This document shows positions 1-10,680 of a stretch of DNA of 64,000 nt, piece after piece. Below the pieces are notes generated by a model. The model saw only the letters and a list, made by a program, of their open reading frames with translations. It made no database searches and was not told where the DNA came from. Every line of letters begins with the position of its first letter. The first letter of the stretch is position 1. The stretch comes from Cercozoa sp. M6MM (lineage: Eukaryota > Protista > Endomyxa: Ascetosporea): NCBI GenBank assembly GCA_040357565.1, contig JBDODJ010000018.1. One strand, 5' to 3'. The position numbers were made by a program, and so were the translations under genes.

Positions 1-421
1 TGTCGTTATCAATCAAGGTAGCGTGCACTTTGTTTGTTCATCGCATTTACTTGAGCTGATTATTTTCTGTATGTTTTGATGAAGGTTCGTGCCGCAATCT
101 GGCACATTTGCACGCCAAGATTCGCTTCCGCACGAAAGATTGGCAACGGCGGATTGACGACTGGAGCGGTAAACCCGAAGGTGCTTAAAGTGTACGTATC
201 CCGAATCTCATGTGTCGATACATTTGACAGGAGAGAAAGTCGGTAAGCTACGTCGAATCGCGTCACTCGTGACCAAAAAAGAGGTGCGCGCACTTTCTCG
301 TGATGTAGGCTGTTAGTAATGGCAATCGCAATGGATGTGAACGCAGGTGTTGCACGGCTTTGTGGGTGGTCGGTTGAGTAGCTCTGTTCAGGGACAAGCA
401 CCGAGGGGTCCAAGTTTTTAA
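1..421 (+). CDS. 3' end of a HIT-like protein (partial, 3 introns)
   Basis: Splicing three GT-AG introns gives VVINQG-SCRNLAHLHAKIRFRTKDWQRRIDDW...GPSF*. NxG followed by xxHLHxK resembles the HIT signature with the third His replaced by Lys. TAA at 419-421. Confidence 0.45.
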
Positions 422-892
422 GTTTATCGTATCGTATTTCAGTTGAGCAACTTTCACACTTAGTTTTAAATGCAATCAGCCAGAGTTTATCACAGCACGG
501 CAACATATCCGATCGCATCGCTGATCCCTCCCCTCCGCTCTAGCGTACGCGTGTCCGCGTTCACCTGGTTCGAGTGAATTAAAAAACGCGTTGCGATAAA
601 TTTAGTGAATACTTTGCGTGATTTGTTGTGCGTAGGTCAGATCTTTCGCTGCCGCGGTCCTGAATCGAGTGCGGGTTCGTTATAAAGTTGTAAGTTTAAG
701 TCGCGCAGCTACGCGACGCTAATCCCGTACGGTACTGTAGGTAAACACTGTGACACGCAACGGCGGCGCGGCTGTCGTGTTAACTGACGTGAGGCTGAAG
801 CAGCGCAGGTAACGTCCCATGCCCGTCAGTCGGTACTAGAGCTCTCCAACTCGTCGACGCCTGCTTCCGTGTTGTAGATTGGTCGGTACACA

Positions 893-2869
893 CTACAGCA
901 TCTGCAGCTCTCGTCGTTTGCGCCACCGCTCTGCGCGTCTACTCATGACGGGAATGTGTCAGAACCGCGCACGTTAAGTTAAAATAGAAATGTAACATAG
1001 ATACCGCCTGCCAGGCGTAATGTAGCCTTCGGGAGCATGTTTGGGCAGCCTTGGCAGTCCTTTCCTGTCAGCAAAGATCAATAATACTCTCATGAGATGC
1101 TCACAAAGAACGCAAGCTACCGACCCCCAGACGCCACGCCAGGTTCGGTCAGCAAGTCATCTGCGTTGGCAGATTAAGTTACTGTGGGTAAGTCCACGAA
1201 TGCGTATCGAAATAAATTGTACCTGGATCAACCTCCGTTGGCTGATCGAATATTGACGGGTCCATCAATACCTAAGTGTGCATACAAAATGCATGTGAAT
1301 GCAGCCAAGTGCAGTCCAAATACTTCAATTTTGGTGTCACGCTGAGGGCCCTCTCGGTCGCGAAGTTGGTTGTCTGCCGGACGAACTGGACGAGCGGGCG
1401 TTGGGTCGACACCTCTACTCATGAAAAAAGATACAGCACCCCCCCCCATACAAAGGAGCGATGGTCGGAAAAGACCGCAGCTCGCGCAGCAATGCGTGCT
1501 GCTCGCGCAGACAGAAGTCATAGGAGCTATCGTTTCTGCAAGCAGAGCACAGGGGCATTGTGCGACTCACCGAACCTTCACAATATGAAGTTACCTGGGA
1601 GCAGCAGCTGTCGCAATAAAATTGCGCAAGTCGTTGATTCCATCTTTCGTCTTGGCTGCACATACACAAATATACACAAGCTACACGTCCGATTATGTGG
1701 TATGCGGCTATACAGCTAGTGAGAATAACGTTCGGTCGCAGGTAAATGCGGTCCTCTCGTTTGACGTCACGAAGCACCTGAACCGCGTGTTTGATGAGAG
1801 CAAAGACACACAGACAAGAGTACCTCCTGAATGTCGAGGTCAAGTTGCTGGGCGAACAGATCGCCGTCGCTGCCGTAGTCGGATTCGTTCTTTCCATACA
1901 GCGTCGGTGTCAAGAAAGTAGTGCGACAAAGCGAGAGGGTACCAAGCTGAAGTGCGATTTGTCGCACTTGGTCACCACAATTTGCACCGGCACCTTGTGC
2001 ACCAGCAACATGCGGAGGAGCTCTGCGTCGTGTTCGCCCAAACCCTGTCGCACAGCGGGAACCAAGAGACACACACAGCGCAGGACTTCACGTGGTCTCT
2101 CCTGCACACATTCACACCTAGGGCACACGAAAGTTCCACTTCCAACGTACCGTGAGCAGGTTGACCGATCGACGCAGCCACATGCCACGTTCACGCTGCG
2201 ACGCGCGTGCGTACCCGTAGCCTGTAGAGCGCAAGATATAAACACAAAGTAAAATATCGCAGAAACGATCTACCGGGCAGATCAAGCAGTGCGAAACGGC
2301 GCGATACGACAAACCAGTCGATCTTGCGCGTCTTGCCTGTGCAGGTCCAATTCCGTGTAACACATGCCCTATTGAAGCAACCCTCCGATCGGTACCAGGC
2401 TGCGATGACGTCTCGGCCATGCGCGAATTGTCCACAACAGCGTTCAATAGCGACGATTTGCCGCAGTTACTGGCACCAATGAAAGCCACTTCGCCGTAGC
2501 CCTTGCCTGAAGTACCAAGGAAACCGTTGTTCTTTCTTCTTGTAGTGTCAACAAAAACAAGAAGGAAAACACACCAAGCCCAAGCGTGTAGGCAGATGGC
2601 GCATCGATGCTGCGTCGGATCGAAGTACGTTTCTCCACCTAAAGGTTAAGAACGCCGAGCTGTTAACACATGCGCTCGCACGATGCTGGACTACCCTTTT
2701 AAGCAGTTGCAGCGGCAGTCGCTTCAGCGGCACTGCGTTTTGCGCGTCCACAAAGTGCCTACATCGACAAAATAAACTGGATGGAACACAGTCAAAGAGT
2801 GGTAAACCATGGCGACGTATTGCGGAGCAGTGTCGAGGCGCAAGATGGCATGAGTGCAATCGCGAACAT
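893..2869 (-). CDS. EngB/YihA/YsxC-family ribosome-biogenesis GTPase (GTPBP8-like), probably organellar
   Basis: Spliced motifs: G1 EVAFIGASNCGKSSLLN, G2 PGKTRKI, G3 LLDLPGYGYA, G4 VVTKCDK, G5 region SAKTKDGI. Ends approximate. Confidence 0.85.
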
Positions 2870-3178
2870 CCTATTCCTATTCATCAGTTGCGCAGAAAGG
2901 CATGGCGCACGCCTTATCAGTCTCCAGCGCGCTGAATGCATATTTGCGATCTGTTCTAACGATACTTTGCCTCTAATCACGCGCGATCGACGGCGCCGGC
3001 AGCTCTGAGCCGGACGTCAGGTCCATTTCGTTTCATCTGGAGCCGGTTGAACTAAAGAGCTGTCTACCTTGTCGATTGTCTTGTCTGCATGTCTGACGGT
3101 GTGCTCAGGGCAAATTTGTGTGTTTCAAGTGAGCGCAGTGTGTCGATGTGTCAATAGAGTTTGACAAATAAACGAAAC

Positions 3179-6073
3179 ATGCCAGGCAAAGGCAAAAGCA
3201 AGGCTATTCGGTCACATTTGGTCGCTGCAGGCGGTGAAGACGATGTGGAATTGCATTCCTATGGCGGCGGAAAGGTATTTTAACACACACGTCCATGTTT
3301 ACTGAGTGTTTCTGGGTGTGAGCAGCAGCCGTCAGTGCTGGCGCCGAGTGCAGGAGGCGGGCGAGGCAAGCGTCTGATCGGAGCCAAGGCACGCGGCACA
3401 GGTGGCAGCAGCACCGAGGAGCAGGAGTCGCGCGACAGCGATGACTATACAGGCGAGCGCTCGTTGCAGGGCGATATGGACCTGCCGAGCGATCACTTCG
3501 ACGACGGTTTCTCCAGCGAGAGCGACGGCGGCACCGACGCTGACACCGACGCGGACACTGACGGTGACAGCGACACGAGCGACGAGGAGGACACCGTCGC
3601 CAACTCGGCCGACGCGCAGTCGCGGCGACTCGTGTGCTGTCCGCGCACGGTGGCCATGCTGCCGTCCGCGGTGCCACCACCGTCGCTCCTCAGTCTCGCC
3701 GACGGTGCGGCCACTGCCGGCGCCGATGATCCGCAATGTCGGCGTCACCGTCTCGTACCCGCCGTTCCTGTCGACGCCAGTGGCTCGCTCCGGCGCTACC
3801 GCCGTCTGCGTCGACTCGGTAGGCCCATCTCCCCTATTCCGATTCCGATGCCCCGATCTTTAAACCCATACACCATACCCATATCCCGTACCCCACACTT
3901 CATACCTCTGATACCCCATGTGCCCAGGTGAAGGCACGTACGGCACGGTGTTTCTCGCCAAAGACCTGTGGACGCGCAAGAAGGTACCACTGACCACGTG
4001 CGTGCGTGTGACCCATGTGATTGCTTGTGACCCGTGTCAACAGGTGGCACTCAAACTCATTCGACAGATCGCCGAGCACGAGGGGTAGATGGGTTCTGGG
4101 GTGTGGGGTGGGGGGGGGGGGTAAAATGGGGAGTAAAATGTCTGTCTGGGTGGGGGGGGGGTGGGGGTGCGGGTGTGTGTGTGTGGGGGGGGGGGGTAAA
4201 ATGGAGTAAAATGTGCAGCTTCCCGGTGACGACGATGCGCGAGTTGCGACTGCTGCGACAACTGCGGCATGAGAACGTCGTCACACTGCGCGACGTGCTG
4301 ACGGTGCCGTCGCACGAGGTAACTGACTGAGTGACCACGACTGAGTGACCACTGAGGGTGACCGCTGACTGAGTGAGCACACGTGCCCAGTTGGACGACG
4401 AGCTGCGCGAGATGGTGCGCGCTTCGACGCCGGACGAATGGCACGGCGAGCCCGTCACCTTCCTCGTCTTTGACTACTACGACTCCGACCTCGGTAACCC
4501 CCTCCATACTCTCTTATTCCTCTTACCCTTACCCTTTTAACCTCCTCCCCATTACCCTTATCCCACCAGGTGACTTGGTGGACGGCATGGCGGCCGTGTC
4601 GCCGTCGGCGCACGCCACGCGCAGTTTCGGCGAGATTCCGCCGCCGCTCGACCGTCGACTGTACGCACTCACTCTGTCACCCACTGTCTGATTGATCCGT
4701 GATCGCATGTGACATCGTCAGTGACCCGGGTACACGTGTGTGTGTATGTGTGTGTGTGTGTGCAGTAGCGAAGGCGAGGTCAAGTGTCTCATGCGACAGC
4801 TGTTGGACGGCGTGGCCTACATGCACAAACACTTCATCGTCCACCGCGACCTCAAGCTTAGGTATGGGGTGGTTAAGGGGTAGAGGGGTAGGGGGTAATG
4901 ATGGTGTTTGTAGCAACCTACTGTTCCGACATGGACACGTGGCCATTGCCGACTTTGGTACTGCCTTACTTAGTCAATTTGGTCAGTTTGTGTCACGTGT
5001 CATGTGCGTAGGTCTTTCGCGTCTGTTCAGTTTTCCTTTGGCGCAGTATACGCCGCGTGTCGTCACTCTGTGGTAGATCTACCTCCTCCCTTTACCACCC
5101 CCCCCCCCCCCATTTCCCATTTCCCCATTTCCCCATCCCCATTTCCCCATTCCCTCATTTCCTCATTCCCCCATGCCCCCTCTTGCCTCACCTGGCAACA
5201 GGTATCGTGCGCCGGAACTGCTGCTGGGCGAGCCGCGCTACCACACCGCAGTGGTAGCCTGTTCTTTACCGCTGTACCCCTGTACCCCCTGTACCCCCTG
5301 TACCTCTTCCCCATACAGGACATGTGGTCGGTCGGCTGCATCATGGCCGAGTTTCTCCTCGGCGTGCCTCTTATGCCTGGTGACTTTAACTCATCCCTAC
5401 CCCTCCCCACCCCACCCTTTTACCCCCTCTGCTACTATGCATAGGATCGACCGAACTGGAACAACTGGCGCTCATCTATCGACTCGTCGGAAGGGCGGAT
5501 GTACTCATCATTACCCCCCCCCCCCTCTCCTCCCTTTTACTTCTCGTGGCACAGGCACGTGTGTGGCCACAATTCGCCGAGTACCGTTTCACTGGCGTGG
5601 TACCAAATGACTGACCATGCGACCACGTGAGTGACCACGTAGGTGGTGACCACTGTGTCCACTTGTGCAGGCCGAGTCACCGCGCTGCGTGCTGGAGCAG
5701 GCGCAGCGTGAGTTCCAACAGCAGCAACAACAAGAGAACGACGACGGTGACTATCACGGTGACGGTGACCGTTGTGATTACAGTGACCTCAGTGACCACC
5801 CAGATAATCGTGCACGTGGTGGTGGTGGCAAGTCCGTCCAGGTGCTGCGCATCTTGCGGCATGACGACGAGGATGTAGCTTCATCCCACTCTGCCTCCTT
5901 ACCCCCCCGCCATAGGACCTACCCCCCTTCATGACAGGAAAGAGCGGTGGGCGACCGGTTGGACCGAGTATTCGCGCACTGCAGCAGCTCATGTCGCGAC
6001 CTGCTGCGGCAGCTGCTGCGCTTCGACCCGGCGCAACGCATCACGTACTTGTCTTTGTATCTTATACATATAC

Positions 6074-6108
<35 letters not shown>

Positions 6109-6411
6109 TAATGTGTGTATGTGTGTCTGTGCCTCTGTCTATGTGTTTGTGTGTGTATATGTATGTGTTTATGTGTCTGTGTATATGTGTGTATGTTTAT
6201 ATGTGTATATGTGTATATGTTTATTTGTTTATGTGTATGCATATGCGATATATTGTGTAACAGGGCCGAGGAGGCACTGCAGCACGCCTATTTCGACGAA
6301 GAACCGCGAGCACTGGCACCGGCGCAGTTCCGCTCGCTCGCGCGATTGCTCAAGCGGCGTGACTTGCGTACCCCTTCCCCCCCCCCCCCTGACCGTTTTT
6401 CCGCCTTTACC

Positions 6412-6452
<41 letters not shown>

Positions 6453-7095
6453 GCAAGAAGAGACGTCGGAAACGGCGTGGCGAGGACGAACGACCGCCGA
6501 AACGGCGACGTCGACAACTGGAAGAAGAGGATCAGGTGCAACATGAGGCGGTATGACTACTCTTCTATCCGTCCATCCATCTGTTACTCTACCTATACAC
6601 CTATCCCTCTACTGATACATCTATTGGCAGGAGGAGTACGAGACAGAGGAACTCGGCGAGCAAGAGTGGCCGCAGTACTACCCGCCTACGGAAATGTACG
6701 AGCACGCGCCACCTGTCTATGCCTACGAACAGCACGTGCCACCGCCACTGCCACATACCTTCGAGGACATGCCTCCGCCTGTATCACTCTAATTCTTCCC
6801 GTATCCCCTTGCCTTCCGTGTCCCCTGACTCGTGTTTTGAGCAGATACCGTCGTACCAGCCACAGGAGTATCCGTACAGGTACTGTCTGTTACATAGTGT
6901 AGTATGTGTGTATATTACATACTTTCACACAGGTTGCTGTACGACACGTCGAGCGCGGTGCAAGACCTCGCGTTCGATCGCGTGCGACAACTGCAGCAGC
7001 AGCAGCAGCACGAACAACAACTGCGCTTGCCAGACTTGCCTCTTGCGCATGCGCCACTGGCTCCGATGCCACCGCACGAACAACAAGATCAGTGA
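3179..7095 (+). CDS. Cyclin-dependent kinase, CDK10/CDK11 type, with acidic N-terminus and Gln/Tyr-rich tail
   Basis: Spliced motifs: [23 protein letters not shown] (PITSLRE-like), [58 protein letters not shown]. Confidence 0.9.
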
Positions 7096-7575
7096 CACTC
7101 GCGCACTTAGACGGCCCACCGTGCTGTCTTGTGGGACCAATCGGGCGCGGTTCGGATGCTGTATGCTATGACAAATTCAACTGAGCTCAAGTGGACACGA
7201 CCAAACCCGACCGAACCATCGGTACGTTTTTCGTCGAGCCGGTCAGTTGTTACCGCAGCCGGTCAGATAGGGATTGTTGGTAAATTGAGGGTACTTTGCC
7301 AGTGATACCCCGCCAGTGATACAAAAAAAACTAAGGAACGTAAGAAACGAGAGTCTCTGTTCTTAGAGGGGAGAGTGACCAGTCAATTTGAAAGAGTGAG
7401 TTACCCCAACGGTTCAGTTGGGCGGCAAAGCACTGGTAGACGAGATGTTACGTTTCATTACCCGAAAATGAAACCTTGATTATGCAGCTGCATGCCGTGA
7501 ATGCCCGGCTGGCATCATCAATTCCAGACTCTGACGGTGGACGAAGAAATCTAGCTTGGCATTTAACGTGATCCA

Positions 7576-10301
7576 TCAGATATCAATTGGAGAAGCGCCA
7601 GAGGGCGAGCTGAGGATCGATGCGGCACCTGCAAGAGAGTCAAACCGTAGTTCTATCTATAAGTGGACTTCAAGGTACCACCGTTATCATTACAGAATTG
7701 AAAGTACCGGCGAGCTGTAAGAGTCGGCGCTGCGCCGTCGGACTGATCACGCGGTGAGCCGCCAGCGGCTTGTCACTACTCGACCCCATACCTGCTCCTT
7801 GAGACTGGTCCTGCTTGTCAGGCGTAGCGGCCTTTTCTTGAACGGAAGTGTGAGCGATGGGGACGGGAGCTGCGGGTGTAGCAGTGCTTAGCTCTCTTTG
7901 GGCTTGTGGTATCGAAGACAGCACGAGATCTTGGCGTATTTGACTGCAGCAGTTACAACACAAAACATCTGCCTCTCTCCCTGCAAAGTAATCAAGCGAC
8001 AAGAAGGCAGCCGTACGGGTCGACGGAAACGAGCCGCTGCGCTCGCTGCGTTGCCATTGACGCATTTGATTGCTATTGTGAAATATGATTCCATATCCGT
8101 TTAAAAAGAACAATGGCGATAGGGCCAAAAAGAACACACTTGAATGCGTCTTTGCAGTTCTGCGCGCTGAAGAAATTGCGCTTGTAGCAGCTTCAACCTA
8201 AACTTATTATCATCATTGTGATGCTAAGATATGGGGGGTGCATCTTGCGGTATACTAGCTAATACAAAGTGGCAAGTACCGTTGCTCGTGCAACATGCGA
8301 GCTTTCTCCGCCCTCTCTTCAGCACCCAGCGACGAGATGTCCTGTCTCTTGGCACGTGCTTCAAGTCGCGCCTCGCTTGCGATGTCAAGCGCAGCATGAC
8401 CCTCGCGAGTGCGCTTCTGGCCGACCTAGAGTGAGTGGGAAAGGGAGCACCTTGACATGTAAAGCTCATCACGATACTGAGAAAGTGCTACCTGTGCCTG
8501 AGCCAGTCTAGTGTCGATACTCTGCGTGATACCCCCAAGTTGCTGCACACGTCGAAGTAGCGCTGCGTTCTCCTTTCGCAGTGCTGGGGGTAGGGTGCAA
8601 AGAAACCGGTAAACACATTATTAGTAGCAGAGAATAAACGTAAGGAGAAAAATAGAAAGATAGGGCACAACGCAAGTTGTCAATTGCGATGCGCAGCAAC
8701 TCAACGCGCTCGGTACGCAGTTTTTTCACGCGTAGAACATCTGCGAGTGCCTTCGCAGATATTCCATTTTGTAGTCTAACCCTGAACCTCTCCACAGAAC
8801 ATCAATTTACCTTGAATCCGAGCGCTTGCAGCTTTCTACGTTTTGACTCGCGCAAGTTCTTTCTCGACTTGCTTGGCGCTACAAATAAATATCGAAATAA
8901 AATAGAAGCGCCACCTCCCCCCGCGGGAAGTCGAAGGCTCAATAAGTTGGCGCGAGAAACAAAAGAAGGGTAAATAGAGTTATCGAGCTCTGGGTACCGC
9001 CGTTTTCTTCGATTTCCTGTTCGTACGTTTCTGACACCGCTTGATAGAACTCTGAGAGGGATACCAGATACGGAAGTAAGTCAGCGAAAAAAACAGACAA
9101 TGATACGTCCAGTATAATACCAGTACAGGCGGAACTCCGCAGCGCTGGATCGTCACTGTCGCGAAGCGGGAAACTCAGACTTCCGTAGTCGTGCGATGCC
9201 GCTAATACGCTTCTCGAACTCAGCTGCACACGATGAATAAATGTCGTGTCAGAAAAAAGAGAATGATAGAAACTATTTAAGCAAAGTGTACTTGTAATGG
9301 TTCGACCGGTGTCAAGAGTGCATCGACGCCACTGTCTGCTAGAAGCAAAGGAGCACTTGCTTCAGGTTTTTCAGAGGAGACGTGCGGAACAGATATCCCG
9401 CCGACGTTGAGGTCACCACCGTTGGCTCCCTGCGATTGGCCGCTTGGTGTAACTCGACTGCCAGCGGTGCTTCTCTCCGTTGAATACACTACCGATCGCT
9501 GCAATGACTGCTGCTTCACCTTGTCGCTCCGACGTTGTTGCTCTTGCAGTCGTAGCTCTCGTTGGTGTTGTTGTGCGCTTAGCTGCATTTTATAAGAGTA
9601 AAGAGAAATTAAATCAGCACTGTACTGCAGGAGCAAACGGTACGTTTTGTAATTCGGTGGCTGCTTGCGTGTGCATCAATAACTGCCCGGCTACGTTGGG
9701 TGGCAATCCGAGCGAAGCTCCACCTGGAAAATAAGGGGGGGGCTATTGGCAAAACGACCACTGGCAGCAGGAAGATAAGAGTTAGTTTGTACCAGTCGGA
9801 GTTACGCTAAATGGATTTAGACCGTCGAACGAAAACACTGGCCTCGCGCCCATTGGTGTCAGCGCGCCGCCAAAGCCCAACGAAGACAGCGGTGTAAAAG
9901 GTAGCATCAAAGACTGTGCACGTTTGCGATTTTTACACCGACGGCTTCCTCCCATATAAACACTTAATCGCATCAAGTAGTAGCTACCGATAGGCCGGCA
10001 AACCCAGCTGGCGTCAGCTCGGCTTGAGCTCCTGGAGGTGCTCCCAATATCGATGACGCACCCTGTAAAATAGGAAGTGATATCCACATATCGACGAACT
10101 CCTGGCAATGTAACAGGATTACATTCACAGTAGTGGTGCTCAGCACACCCGCTGTACCGTCTTCTGGCTCCTCTACCACCAAAGGACTCGGCCGCTTTGA
10201 TATCTGGGGGGGGGTCAAAATTGAAACTCCTATGTTTGTACTTCCGGGCAAACGAAAGAAAGTGTCTGTCGTACTCTTGGGGAGCTAGTCGTCTCAGCCA
10301 T
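7576..10301 (-). CDS. Low-complexity protein with a bHLH domain (putative transcription factor); 3' end approximate
   Basis: Removing a 60-nt GT-AG intron joins SRKNLRESKRRKLQALGFK to ALADVLRVKKLRTERVELLRIAIDNLR, matching the basic-helix-loop-helix pattern. Flanks are Q/P/S-rich. Confidence 0.6.
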
Positions 10302-10680
10302 CACAAGTCCCACGAGTGAGTATCACACACAACGCTTTCTAGCGCACAGCCGACAGAGAGGCTTCAATCTCTGTGAGGGACGAGGCGTGACATCGGGCCA
10401 ACACACTCTCGCAAAAGTCCGAAGGCCGACCTGGGCTGATTTATTGGGAGTGCATAGTGACATTCTAGTTACAGCTAAGTTAAGAGCAGCTGTCAGGATT
10501 ACCTCTAGACGCTGGATCTACCTGTTTTGTAGTTTGTATTTTGTTTTTATTACACAAAAAACACGAAACCATCAACCCCTAAACAGACGCTTGGTCTGCG
10601 CATGGCTGTGCTGTAGTTATTTTTAACAGCTCCACACGCACATTGCGCCATTCAGCTCGTGGCATCCAAGCGATCACAAG

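Noticed and set aside
500-700. GGTTCGAG B-box-like word suggesting a tRNA or Pol III gene
   Set aside because: No cloverleaf or A-box arrangement is evident.
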